Numbered from the stretch's first letter, positions 10,713-24,314 are shown. The stretch is DNA of 64,000 nt from Azolla caroliniana (GCA_043228905.1 JBHGNT010000020.1:4402001-4466000); one strand, 5' to 3'. Notes: generated by a model not told the origin, from the sequence alone. Translations and numbers: made by a program.

Positions 10713-13083
10713 CTTTAGAGACGAAGTCGAAGACTACTACACGGCAAAGACATGGCAACGATGAAATGTGCGAGAAATCAAATGGACGATATGCGAAAAA
10801 TGGTGATGTTGATTGGAAGCCATCGAGGTCGAGGAATGCAACACGGTGATGTTGTGCGAGAGGATGTCGCAAAAGGATAAGCAACAGACATGTTCACACG
10901 TGCGGTTAACGATAATGTGCATGTGCAGGAAAGCGTGGTGCGAGAGACAACCAAAAAGACAAGGACGACAACAGTGGTCGGAGATGGAGCTGGAATGACG
11001 GACGAGCGGCCAAATAGTGGTCGAGGAGCGGCGAAGCGGCAAGAATAACCGAACAGTGGTTGGAGTGGCTAGACGGGCTGGATAGAGAACCACCAAACGA
11101 CAACTAGAATGGGCCAAATAGTTGGAATGGTGACGAAGCGGGGACGACGATCGGACAGCGACGGAGACAGCTGGACCTTGGCCAAACCAGATGACCAACT
11201 GCAGATTGGCCAAACAGGGCCGACAAGGCCGACGATAGAGACCTCTGGAGATGGACCGGACAGACATGGCCAGATGGGCCAGATAGTGGAAAGAGTGGCT
11301 AGAAGGGCCGAAAACCGGTCGAAATAGCCGGACAATGGCTGGAGCCGCCGGAGTGGCCGGACAAGGCCGGGGAAGCAGATAGGACGCTGGGACAACGGAC
11401 TAGATGCATGACCGGAAGACCATGGACGGTCCCGGACGACGACGAAACAAGAGGATCGAAATAGAGATGGCTGGATACAGAAACAAGTCAAACAAAGGAG
11501 GCCAAAACGGGCTGGACTAAGACAGCGCGATGGCCAGATGGCCAGAACAGCGACAATGACACATAGAGAGGCAAAGAGCCGGAAGGTCACAACCAGGAGG
11601 ACGAATGACCGGATCGAATAATTCGCCGGAACAGACTAGAAGAGACAACTGGACATGCCGGATAACCGAAGACCGAACGGAGATTGATGGAAACCAACAG
11701 AGTCGACGACATAGGATGACCGGATAGAGACCAACAAGGATGGGCAAAGACAGACGAATGATGGCCGGCGATAGAGATACTGGAATGGGCCAAACAAATG
11801 AACAGAATGATCGGAACCGACAGGACAGAGACATCGGCGGCCGGAATATGATGATGACCCCAAATGGCGGCAAAATGTTCATTGAGAACGACAATGGAAA
11901 AAAAGCTACGGACAACGGTGAAAGACAAGCCGGTGTGGCCGGATAGGAGTGGAAGAGCGGTCGACCGCACCCAGAAGGGCGACATAGATAGATATGGAGA
12001 TGAGGCCGGGAAAATCCGGTCGGAGTGCGATTGAAGAGCAGTCGAAGTGGCCGTACGATGCCGAAACTAAGGTGTCCGGACCGGACGACACTGGACAACA
12101 ACAACATGGAGACGGCCAGATAGCGGCCAGACTGTGGCGGAAGCGTCATCGGTGCAACGTCTGGATAGGCGGCCGGAGACGAAGCCAAAGACAGAGATAA
12201 CAATGGCAATGACGCAAGACACCGGCGACCGGATGACGGTCGAAACGGTGAAAAAGATGGACGGCCGATAGAGGCAACGGACGACGATGACGATTGTCGG
12301 ACAAGGCCAAGAGATGGAAATGGCGACGACAACAGAGACAGAGATGGCAACGACGATGGAGACATCGACAACTGACTAGTAGTAGGCAGATAACCGATGG
12401 AAGAGACGGTCAATGGGAGGAGAAAAAAGCCGCAAACGATGGCAGAAACATCGATGGCAGTAGAAGAAGAAAGAAGAAGAACAGAAATGAACAAGAAGAA
12501 GAAAAACGCAGACCAAAGCAACACGAAAGAAGGAAACAGAGAGGAGGAGCAAAGCAAGATATGGGCACTAGTGATAGAGGCATGGACAGAGAGAGAATCA
12601 AGCGGGAGAATCAAAGGGAGAGAAGAAGCAGAAGGAGACATAGATAGACAAGAGGAAGAGAAGAGAGAAGAAAGACAAATAGAGAAGGGAAGGAAAAAAT
12701 GACCTAAAAGCAAAAAGAGAGGGAAAAAGATAAAATAGGGGTATGAGACAAATTTTGAAACCCTGAGGGTATCGAATAAAATTTCAAAAACTGGAGCGTA
12801 CATAATTAAAATTTTAAAAATCAAAGGGCACCTACGAAATTTCGAAAACTCATCAACCTAAAAGAAATGGATGCGATCGACACACAACTCACAAAATCAA
12901 CAAAAGGAAGATACACATACACACAACGTTTTTGGACCCATGATATCAATGTTCGTGAACCGACAGAACGAGAATGTTCGTGTCGATGAAATCGCTGACC
13001 GAAGGAGATGTTTGAGTCAAGCGCTCCGATCGTGGAGATGACCGATGAAAATTCCGGTCGGAGAAAGATTATGATCAAGGCAT

Positions 13084-13123
13084 GTGGGATCGATGTGCAA
13101 GGCACTCTCCCACAGGCGTGCCA
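13084..13123 (+). other. tRNA-Arg-like 3' end (inverted PBS) at the position where the PPT should be
   Basis: GTGGGATCGAT-GTGCAAGGCAC-TCTCCCACAGGCGTGCCA ends 5 nt before the 3' LTR. Confidence 0.78.
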
Positions 13124-13373
13124 TATTGTGTTATCGTACGAAATGTACGGCTGATTGATATTGTGTGATAAGTAAGGGTGAAAGATGTAATGCGTTGATA
13201 TGTATGTGTAATGTTATACGATTATGAGTGTGAATGTAAGTGTGAGTGTGATGGATACAAAGAGGTGTGAGTGAGTGACTAGGTATGAATGCCCAAGGGG
13301 ACTTGCACCCTTGTGTATCTACCCCTTTGTACCTATTTAACCCCTTATGGGGAATGAATGAAGACAATGAACA

Positions 13374-13404
<31 letters not shown>

Positions 13405-14579
13405 TCCCAAACGTTGAACCCCTTTGGGAGGGGGGTGGAGCTATTCTAGGCACCACCCCCCACCCCTCAATGCTTGTCTTGTTCTTCATGTTCTCTCTCA
13501 CCATCATACCATTCATCATCTCCACTATTACACCATGTCTATCTTCATCATCAATCAACACCATTACCATTCATCCTCATCCTTTACCCTAACCCTAAAA
13601 CCTACAACAATGCCACTACCTGGAAGATTTGGAGAGGTGGTCTATGGTGGCCGACAACCTTGAAAGACTCGATCCGGTATTGTGAAGAATGCGATCTTTG
13701 CCAAAGGATGGGTCAACTCACAGAACAAGCGTGGATGCCCCATAAACCCATATTGCCACTTGAACCTTTTCAGAAATGGGGATTGGACTTCGTATGGCCA
13801 TTCAAGCCTTTGGCAATGCGAACAGGAAACCGGTACGTCATCGTCACAACCGACTATTGCACAAAATGGGTAGAAGACAAAGTGCTTAAGGACAACACCG
13901 CGGCATCAAGGACAAAATTTTTATATAAACACATATGGTGCCGATACGGATGCCCGATTGAGCTCATCAACGACCAAGGCGGTCACTTCCTAGGGCAAGT
14001 CGTGGAAAGCTTGACGTCGTTCTACGTAGTAGTGTGTGAATGTAAACGTGTGGAAGCATTAGAAAGAACTGGCTCAGCTGGATAGCAACAGAGAATAAGA
14101 TGAAGGTTTAATGGAGAAGCTTAGTATACAAAGAGTATACGTGGGAGAGACAGAGAGAGCAAAACGTAAGCGTAGATTCAAAAACTTTGTACATACAACG
14201 TGCTAAACAATACTACTTATATAAGTCCATATAAAGGACTAGCAGAAGTACTGACAGGTACTTCAATATTCCTACATGCGACTGACACTAACTATGAGAC
14301 AATGATTACCTAGTAGTCTAGGCTACTACTAGGCTTCCGACTACTACTCTAATCTGGCTACCCGGTTCACCGGCTCATCGATCCGACTCAAGCTTATTCA
14401 GCCGATCTGGATCCGGTTGAGCTTGCCGCTCAACACTCCCTCTCAAGCTCAACTTGAGGTCGGATCGTGGTGTCAGTGTTCATGGTAGCCGGTCCTTCTA
14501 CCCGGCTCCTTCTGGCGTCACTCCGCCTTGCTCGTGCTCCTCGTTCGGTCTGGTCCCTTTTGTCACGACCCCTCTGGTT

Positions 14580-17500
14580 CTACACACCTCGACCTCCTCG
14601 GTCGGCTTGTCTGCTCAACATGCCCATTTCAGCTCCCTCGCTACTGCGACTCTGGCGCTTGTCGACCCATCGGTTCTTTCGTGTTGGCGTTGACTTCCGT
14701 TGCGTCCGTGTCCGTTTGGCCTTTAGTTGATCCGACTTCTCCGAATCTTGAACCGAATCAGTTTCCTTCGATTCATTCCAGCTCCTGTCCAAATCGGTCG
14801 CTCCCGATTCATTCCGGCTCTTGTCCGAGTCGGTGTTGTCCAACTTGTCTTCTGGTTTCAGGCCCTTCACCATATCAGACCATGTCTGGGTCTTGGCCTT
14901 CTCCTTTCGGTCGACTCTATCCTTCTTGACTCTATCGCCGTTGCCGCTCGTTTCGACTTGTTCGGATGTGCCAACTTCCTTCGTCGACTCAACTTCCTTT
15001 TTCCCTTTGTCTCCCCTTTTGTTGGTTCTTTCTTCCTCTTCGGCTCCTTGTCCAGTGCCATCCGTTCCCTTTCCTTTTCTCCCCCTCAAGTGTAGCACAT
15101 CGAGATGCTGAACACCAAGCATTTCGGTGAAATGCTGCAACTTGTCCGATCCGAGCAGTTTGGTGAAGATATCGGCAACTTGCCGATCCGTCTGAACATA
15201 CCGAAGTTCAACTTCACCGCTCAAAACCTAGTCACGCACAAGGTGATAGTGGACTTCTATGTGCTTCGTCCGAGCATGGAACACAAGGTTCTTGGCGAGC
15301 TGAATGTTGCTCATGTTGTCATAGTAGATTAGGATCGGGGTCGGTACCTCAATCCGTAGGTCTTGCAGCAGTCGCCGAAGCTAGATGGCTTCATAGGTGG
15401 CATTGGTAGTGCCCCGGTATTCAGCCTCAGTGCTCGATAGAGCCATTGTTGGCTGCTTCTTGCTGCTCCATGCAACAACTACGCTACCTAGAGAAAACAT
15501 GTAACCGGAGGTGGATCGGCGATCCGATGCATCACCGGCCCAATCGGCATCTGTATATCCAAGTAGCTCTTCGGTTATACCCCGACGGTACAATAGTCCC
15601 CTATCCTTCGTGCCGCTAACATACCGGAGTATCCGGTGTGCGCACTGAAGGTGCTCGACAGTCGGCTTCTGCATGAACTGGATGATCACTCCGACTGGAT
15701 AACTGATGTCGGGTCAAGTGATTGTCAAGTATATCAGGCTTCCGACAATTTGTCAGAACTGTTTCTCATTGCAGGCCGGTTCGGAGTTGGGACGGAGCTT
15801 ATGGTTCCGGTCTAGGGGTGTAGAGATAGGTCGGCATTCCGTCATGCCGAACTTGTACAACATATTCAACACATAGTGTCGTTATGAGAGCAATATGCCG
15901 TCGGGGGTTCGGATCACCTCGATCCCAAGAAAATAATGAAGGTCCCCCAGGTCCTTCATTTCAAATGCGTCCGACAACTGGGCCTTTACTCGGCCGATTT
16001 ATTGAGTCTGGGTCCGGTGATGACTAAATCATCAACATAAAGTAGGATGCAAACCAGACCGTCCGGACATTGTTGTATGAACAACGAGGAGTCAAATTTA
16101 GACATCACAAACCCCATCTTACGCAACCGGTGCATGATCTTCACATTCCAAGATCGGAGGGCTTGTTTCAGACCGTAAAGCGACTTCTTAAGCTGGCACA
16201 CTGTCGACTAAATCATCAACATAAAGTAGGATGCAAACCAAACCATCCGGACATTGTCATATGAACAACGAGGAGACAAATTTAGACATCACAAACCCCA
16301 TCTTACGCAACCGGTGCGTGATCTTTGCATTCCAAGATCGGAGGGCTTGTTTCAGACCGTAAAGCGACTTCTTAAGCCGGCACACCGTCGACTTGTTCAT
16401 CTCCAACTAAAATCTGAGGGGTTGGATCATAAAGAACTCTTCTTGAAGGTCGCCTTGAAGAAACACATTCTTCACGTCCATCTGGTGAAGATGCCACCCC
16501 CTTGCTGCGGCAACCGTCAGTACCACACGAACTGTCGTCATCTTCGCTACCGGAGCGAAGGTCTCGTCGTAGTCGATTCCATGGGTTTCAGGTATCCCTT
16601 CGCCACTAACTAGGCCTTGTACCGGTTAACCAAACCGTCGGCATTGTACTTTACCTTGTACACCCATTTGCAATCGATCAGTTTACAATGTCGGGGAGGG
16701 TCAACGACGTCCCATGTGTCGTTCGCATCGAGTGCCTGCATTTCTTCTTCCATAGCGGCACGCCAATTTGCGTCCTTTGCCGCTTTTGTGTAGCTCTCCG
16801 GCTCACGCACTTCTGCCACTTTGGTCATGTATGCATAGTGATGCGCCATGTACTCATTGTACCCGTACCGTGTAACGGGGTTTTGCTTGTCATCACCCGG
16901 TTTGGGGCCCTTCTTGGCCGGTTTGGACTTCATTCCTGAAGATCCGCCTTCATCCTTTCCGGAGTCAGAGTCACTCTGATCTGACTTAACGTTGTCGGTT
17001 TCGTATTCCAACATCTTCTTCTTCCCCTTCTCTTTGCGCGTGAACCGTCTCCTCGGTTCCTTGCGTGGGGAGAGCATGACAGAGTCTCCACCACTCGCGT
17101 GAGCCGAAATGAGATCGGACTCTTTTCTAGAGTGCCGAAGTCTTCATCCTCTACATGGACCTCCTCGGGCTCACTAGCCTCATCTTTCGGAATCGGGTCT
17201 TCGTCGGGAGTTGGAGTTGGAGTCAGTAAGGAGTACCATGATGTCGTCTCATTAAACTCGACATCTCGGCTTACTCGGACCTGCTTAGTCCGGGGGTTAT
17301 AGCACTTATACCCCTTCTGCTCATGCAAGTAGCTGACTAGGATGCATTTCTCTGACTTCGGATCTAGCTTCTTCTGTTTCTCATCCGGTACATGCACATA
17401 TGCTATGCTGCCAAATATACGAAGATGTCTCAAATTCGGCTTCCGCCCGAAATACAGCTCATGTGATGACACCTTGTCTCCGATCCGGTTTTGGATGTAG

Positions 17501-19336
17501 ACTGTCGTCCAGACCGCCTCAACCCAGTAGAATTGGGGCATGCTCTTCTCCTCCAGCATTGCCCTTGTCGCGTCAACAATCAACCGGTTCTTCCTTTCGG
17601 CCACATCGTTTTGCTCCGGCGTGTATCTGCAGCTGAATTCTCTCTGAATTCCTTTCTACTGCAGATAACTGTTGAATTGGCCACAAAAGTATTCTTTTCC
17701 GCCATCCGACCACAAGCACTTGACATTCTCTCCGTTCCCCGTTCAACAAAGCTTTGCAAGTTCCGGAAACATTCGAAGACTTCACTCTTCCATTCAATGA
17801 GGTAGATCCATGTGTGCCAGCTGTGGTTGTCGATGAAGGAGACAAAGTATCGACTCCCGCCAAGACTAACGTTCTGTGCCGGTCCCCATACATCCGAATG
17901 GAAGCTAAGACTAACGTTTGAGCTTGTTATGGCTCTGGTTTCATTCGATGGGGAATGGATGCCGGTGTTGTTTCCCGAGTTGGCAGGCTTCACAAATTTC
18001 GGCCATCCGGCCGCTAAATTTTGGCAAACCAAAGATAGCTTGTTTCGATTGCAGGTCCTAAAGCCTCCGGTAGTTGACGTGGCTGATCCGCTTGTGCCAC
18101 AGGTCGATGTCCGACTCGACCTTTTGCCCTTTGGCAAACATGGCAGTGCCAATGTCATTGGTGTTGAGGATGAACATCCTCCCTTCTCTGCGCCCTTGCA
18201 CAATTATCCGACCTTCTTCCTCGATGAAGCACCCTAGGTGCGTAAACCGCACCTGCATCCCCTAGTCGACGATTTGTCCAACTGACACCAGGTTCTTTGT
18301 GATATTCAGAACGTGTAGTACGTTCATCAACTTCCCCTTTTGTCTAGCATGGCTTAAAGGGACTTCTCCGACATGCACAATCCGGTGAGGGGTGTCGTCT
18401 CCAGTTTCGACAATCCTCGGTTGTTCCAGCTTCTCCAAAAAAGAGAACCACTCTTCATGGCTCGTCATGTGGTTGGACGCTCTGGAATCAACGTACCATA
18501 CTTCCTCCGATTTGGAAGTTGTCTTGTTCATCGAGTTAGCCTTGTGCTTCATCACGAAGGTTGGCCCTTTACTGGTTTTCCTGGTTCCGGATCCTTCCGA
18601 TCCTTCCGAGTAGTGCAAGCTTTTGCCGGTTCTCCTGACCGGTTTTGCCGGATCCGGATTTGTCCGAATCAGCGCACTTCTTCCAACACTTGCTTTCCCT
18701 GTGGCCCTTTTTGCCACAGTACCAACATTTCGTGTCAGCCTTTCCTTGCTGGTTCCCGACACCGCTTTGACTCCCCCTACTTGTGAAGAGTCTGGAACTG
18801 TTGTCGGCACCACCTCTGTGCCTCCGGTCCTTCTCTTGACGGCCATCTCCATTACGCGCCGACCCACCTCATCCACCACATCCATGGGGCCGATCTGTCT
18901 CCATGTACGACATCCGACCATCCGATTGAATGGTCCTTGACCCACTCGCGTGGTTTTCTTCGACCATTAGCATCGATTGCTAGTCGAAGAAAGATGGTTG
19001 TTTCTCCTAGGTGCATATCGCTATCCGGATTGGCCCATACCTTTGCGCTAGACCACCGAGGCAGATTTGTACCATCTTGTCTTCATCCAACGTCACGTTG
19101 ATGGACCCGAGTGCGTCACAAATCTCCTTTATCTTGTGGTGTAGTCCGTAACTGCCAGATGTTGTCCAAACTGGGAAGTCATTGTGTGCCGGCTCCGGCG
19201 CTACCTCGTTCATTCGTTCCACGAAGCTCCAATATCCATGCCCTAGCAGGTACTGGTGCATTTTATATGACCAGGACGCGTAGTTGCTCTGGTCAAGCTT
19301 CTCTGTGGGAAGTGAACTTGCCATACCTCTTTCCAT
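14580..19336 (-). pseudogene. gag-pol: Copia gag-pol, fragmented, with an in-frame charged extension after RNase H
   Basis: KLDQSNYASW, WYVDSRASNHM, LWHKRISHVN, HSDVWGP, LLYVDDL, GYTDADWAG and QVADIFTK motifs. Confidence 0.9.
16021..16392. repeat. ~185-bp tandem duplication inside copia RT
   Basis: GACTAAATCATCAACATAAAGTAGG starts at both ~16022 and ~16206. Confidence 0.85.
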
Positions 19337-20639
19337 ATCTTTCTCTGTCTGTCCTTACCGAGTATTAGGGTTTGTCTTCGAAAGCGTTTGTTAGCTGCAG
19401 AGGTTCTCAATCCTCTCGTTCTGATACCATGTGAATGTAAACGTGCGGAAGCGTTAGACAGAACCGGCTCAGCCAAATAGCAACAGAGAATAAGATGAAG
19501 GTTTAATGGAGAAGCTTCGTATACAAAGAGTATACGCGGGAGAGACAGAGAGAGCAGAACGTAAGCGTAGATTCAAAAAAATGAAAATACTCTATAACTC
19601 TATACATACAACGTGCTAAACAACACTATTTATACAAGTCCAAAAGACCTAACAGAAGTACTGACAGGTACTTCAATATTCCTATGTGCGACTGACACTA
19701 ACTACGAGACAATGATTACCTAGTAGTCTAGGCTACTACTAGGCTTCCGGTTACCGCTCTGATCTGGCTACCTGGCTCACCAACTCACCAATCCATCTCG
19801 CTCACCGGCTCACCGATCCGGCTCAGGCTTATTCAGCCAATCCAGATCTGGTTGACCTTGCCGCTCAACATAGTGCACCGAATAGCCAGTGTGTTGCAGT
19901 TGGAGCTCAAACAACGTAGGAGGAAAGCCTTTGTGGACCAGCACAAATGACGAAACGAGAAAATGTTGGACATCGACAATCTAGCTGCGGTTCCGGTGGA
20001 CTGGACCGTTTTGGAGTACTAGGAAATTCAGGAGATCGTACCAATTAAGCACGCTAGCTGGCAAAGTATTGGACAAGTGGGTGAATGGTTTCCGATTAAA
20101 ATCATACCAAGGACCGATGCCGAAGAACCCGTTCAAAAAACCGAAGACCGGCATGAAGGGAATAACCGGGGAACCTACGCCGAAAACCGAGCCGGTACCT
20201 TTAGGTAGGACAGACAAGTAGTCAAGTATGAAAACTCAAAAAAAACAAAGATACTATTTGATATGATGCACAGTCACCACGAAAAGGCGTGACATCAGCC
20301 ATTTAAAGTGCACCACACGGCGTACTCATACTATTATGGTACACGACATGCATGCACGGGAATCAGGAAAAGGCGGCTGAAATAATGGGGCTACAAAACT
20401 TCCGGATGACCGAAAGCCTGTCATTTTGCGAAAGAAGACTTTTGAGAACGCAACAGAGCACACAGACTTCCGGAAAAGCATAGGCAATCAACCAACCTCA
20501 ACCACATCCCCATAACAGTGGAGTCTACAAAGACGACACAAAACCGATGGCACTCTCGATCGCGACAAGGGAATGGTTCACCAAACACGGATGGGAAGGC
20601 TTCCTCCGAGTAGACGATGCGCCACTACAGAAGAACCGG

Positions 20640-20979
20640 AGAATGTCTCTTCCATAATAGACCTCGAAGACATATTCGAAGGCACAACGGTCCATATACT
20701 TGGAACTCGTGGGACAGTCTTCCGATTTCTTCACCATGGCAATCTTGACATTTTCCATCTCTTTCAGCAATTGCTCCACTGTGGTCGCATCGATTCCTTT
20801 TTCGGTCGTAGTCTCCCGAGGTCGTGGTTGGTGATCTTCCAATCCGGATCTTGGTCTAAAGATTGGTTCTGAAATTCTCTTTTCTTCATTACCGAGCCAT
20901 TGCCCCCTCTTTGTGTATCGTGCGACGATGTCCCACATGTTGTCCCATGTATTGGTGCGGCCACTCTCAGTAGTCGTAT
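20640..20979 (-). pseudogene. Gypsy gag-like fragment
   Basis: WDIVARYTKR..VEQLLKEMENVKIA resembles the family W gag region just before the knuckle. Confidence 0.45.
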
Positions 20980-21341
20980 TGTTGAGCGGCAAGCTCAATC
21001 GGAGCTGGATCGGCTGAATAAGCCTAAGCCGGTAAGCGAGATGAATCGGTATGCCGGTGAGCAACCAAGCCAGTAAGCAGTAAGGACCGGTGATCTGGGG
21101 AGCTGGTATGCCGGATCCAATCCGTAACCGGAAGCCTAGTATAGGTTAGACTACTCGGCAGTTATAGTCTCGTAGTTAGTGTCAAATGCTCGTGTGAGCA
21201 TTGAAGTACACCGTACTTCTAACAGTCCCGTGTGGACTTGTATAAATAGCGCTGATGAGTGCATTGTAGAAAATAAGAGCACAGAGTATTCATATAATTT
21301 CGAAGAATAGTGTGTCATGCTCTCTCTGTCTCTCTCGCGTA

Positions 21342-21380
<39 letters not shown>

Positions 21381-23180
21381 TGTATTGTTCTTTCTAATGC
21401 TTCCGCAAGCAATCTTTGACATGGTATTAGAGCGTGTGGGTTGAGAACCTCTAGTGCAGACATCTACGCTTGTGAAGAAACCCTAATAGATCGGAAAATA
21501 GACAGAAAAGGAGAAATGGACAGAGGTATGGCTACGTCGCTCCCGGTGGAAAAGCTCGACAGAACCAACTACGCATCTTGGTCATACAAGATGCACCAGT
21601 ACCTACTTGGGCATGGCTACTGGAGTTATGTCGACGGATTGAACGACTCAGCACCGGAGACGACACACAAGGACTTCCCAGTATGGGAACAGGCGGCAAG
21701 CAGGGTGATGTACTGCTTCGCGTCCAGTGTCGGTGACCAGCTGCTCAGCCATATCCGTGACGCCAAGACACCGAACAATGCTTGGAGAAACTTAAAAAAG
21801 GTCTTCGCCGCAAGCACCACTACCCGGAAGCTGCAACTTAGACAGGAGTTGAGCAATGTTCGACAGAAGAACATGTCGGTGGAAGATTACACAGACCGGA
21901 TCAAAGGGGTCTGTGACTCGCTTGCCTCTATTAACATCACCGTAGAGGACAACGAGATGGTGCAGGTCTGGCGTCCAAGTTCGGAGCTTTCCGGACTGCG
22001 GTTTGTACAAGGGAGAATACGCCCTCATTTTTTGACTTACAATCGATGCTCCTTGTAGAGGAGAACCACGCCGGTGCATCTACCAGTGCATCCCCAGAAA
22101 GTCGGATGCTGTACACGAGAGCGGATCGGTCCCGCGGGCGTGGTGGACGAGGCAGGTCGGCACGCAATGGAGGCGGCTGACAAGAGCAAGAACGAAGGCA
22201 TAGTGAGCGTGCGGACAACAGTTCCGAGACTTCTACAAGCAAGGGGAGTTAAGATGGTGCCGGAGGCCGGCAAGACAAATCCGCTACGAAATGCTGGTAC
22301 TGTGGCAAAAAGGGCCACAGGGAAAGCGAGTGCTGGTGAAAGCGTGCCGATTCGGACAAATCCAGATCCGGCAAGATCGGTAAGGAAGGTCGGCAAAGCT
22401 CGTACTATGCAAACGGATCGGGAGGATCCAAGAACGGTCAGGGGCCAGCAGCAAGCAAAAAGCAGCAAAAAGCAGCCAATAGTGGCTCTATCCAACACTG
22501 AGGCTGAATACCGGGGCGCGACCGTTGCCACCTACGAAGCCATTTGGCTTCGACGACTATTGCAAGACTTGCGGATCGAGGTACCGACCCCGATCCTTAT
22601 CTACTGCGATAACCTCAGCAGGATGCAACTCGCCAAGGACCTTGTGTTCCATGCTCGCACAAAGCACATAGAAGTGCATTATCACTTCCTGCGTGAGCGG
22701 GTCCTGAGCGGTGAAGTTGAACTACGGTATGTTCACACGGATCGGCAAGTTGCCGACATCCTCACCAAACCGCTCGGGTCGGACAAGTTGTAGCATTTTA
22801 CCGAAATGCTTGGTGTTCAGCACCTCGACGTGCCGCAAAGGCAAAAAAACTGTTGAACCCGTAGGTAAGAGAAGAACCGGTAGAGGTGGAGACAAGAAGA
22901 AAAATGAAGCTGAGTTGACGAAGGAAGTCGGCACATCCGAACAGGTCGGAGTGAGAGGCTATGAAGAAGAATTGTACACTCAGGAAGAGAAGTGCATGCT
23001 ATGCGGAGGTCATCACGATCGTAATGGCCATGATGCGGAGCCGAATGAAGAATTCAACTTCGGTGAACCGGCTGAAGAAGCCAAGGGAAGCATGGAGAAG
23101 GCCAAGACCCAGACGTGGTCCGACGTGGTGAGAGGCCTGAAGCCGAAAATCGAATCGGAGGATACCGATTCGGACAAGTC
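20980..23180 (+). mobile_element. Copia family C copy: LTR 20980-21421, PBS, gag, large deletion, RNase H end plus extension
   Basis: TGGTATTAGAGC at 21422 and gag ATG at 21516. SSKKQPIVALS is joined on at ~22450; TQTWSDVVRGLK follows. Confidence 0.9.
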
Positions 23181-24314
23181 CGATTGGAAGTGGTCTTCTT
23201 CATCGAGTTTGCCTTGTGCTTCATCACCAAGGCTGGCCCCTTACCGTTCTTGGATCCTCCCGATCCATTTGCGTAGTACGAGCTTTGCCGGCCTTCCTTA
23301 CCGGTCTTGCCGGATCCGGATTTGTCCGAATTGGCATGCTTTCTCCAGCACTCGCTTTCCTTGTGGCCCTTTTTGCCACAGTACCAGCATTTCGTAGCGG
23401 ATTTGTCTTGCCAGCCTCTGGCACCATCTTGACTCCCCCTGCTTGTAGAAGTCCCGGAACTGTTGTCCGCACGCTCACAATGCCTTCGTTCCTGCTCTTG
23501 CCGGCCGCCTCCATTGCATGCCGATCTGCCTCGTCCACCACGCCCGCGGGACCGATCCCCTCCTGTGTACAACATCCGGTTGTCTGGGGATGCACTGGTA
23601 GATGCACCGGCGTAGTTCTCCTCTACAAGGAGCATTGATTGTAAGTCGAAAAATGAGGGCGTATTCTCCCTTGTACAAACCGCAGTCCGGAAAGCTCCGA
23701 ACTTGGACGCCAGGCCTCCAAGACAAACCTGCACCATCTCGTTTTCCTCTACGGTGATGTTAATAGAAGCAAGCGAGTCACAGACCCCTTTGATCCGGTT
23801 TGTGTAATTTGCCACCGACATGTTCTTTTGTCAAACATTGCTCAACTCCTGTCTGAGTTGCAGCTTCCGGGCAGTGGTGCTTGCGGCGAAGACCTTTTTC
23901 AAGTTTCCCCAAGCATCCTTCGATGTCTTGGCGTCACGGATATGGCTGAGCAGCTGGTCACCGACTCTAGACGCGAAGCAGTACATCACCCTGCTTGCCG
24001 CCTGTTCCCACACTGGGAAGTCCTTGTGTGTCGTCCCCGGTGCTGAGTCGTTCACTCCGTCGACATAACTCCAGTAGCCATGCCCAAGTAGGTACTGGTG
24101 CATCTTGTATGACCAAGATGCGTAGTTGGTTCTGTCGAGCTTCTCCACCGGGAGCGACGTAGCCATACCTCTGTCCATTTCTCCTTTTCTGTCTATTTTC
24201 CGATCTGTTAGGGTTTCCTTCACAAGCGTAGATGTCTGCAGCAGAGGTTCTCAACCCACGCGCTCTAATACCATGTCAAAGATTGCTTGCGGAAGCATTA
24301 GAAAGAACAATACA

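Larger units (their letters stand above)
10233..13609 (+). mobile_element. Non-autonomous (LARD-like) LTR element; LTRs 10233-10684 and 13129-13609; TSD ACGCC/ATGCC
   Basis: Direct TG...CA LTRs and a TSD differing by one CpG transition. The purine-rich interior has no retroelement domains. Confidence 0.9.
14035..19870 (-). mobile_element. Ty1/copia family C, full-length but degenerate; LTRs 19430-19870 (5') and 14035-14435 (3'); TSD TAGTG
   Basis: PBS TGGTATCAGAAC at 19429-19418, PPT GAGCTTGAGAGGGAG at 14450-14436, and a perfect TSD. Confidence 0.95.
9270..20640 (+). mobile_element. Degenerate sibling of gypsy family A (RT end, RH, IN, ORF2 start) in three pieces: 9270-10232, 13615-14034, 19876-20640
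   Basis: KEGIAVDPDKV, QAPVVQPPDW, PLEPFQKWGLDF and RWTGPF motifs with many stops, colinear with 3580-6230. Confidence 0.88.

Noticed and set aside
11517-12824. 435-aa hydrophobic antisense ORF as a membrane or env protein
   Set aside because: It is the S/L/F/P-rich translation of a pyrimidine-rich low-complexity strand, with no recognisable domain.
21250-21285. CTGATGA...GAAA hammerhead-ribozyme-like core in the LTR
   Set aside because: No proper stem II can form, and the inverted sister LTR has CTAATGA.
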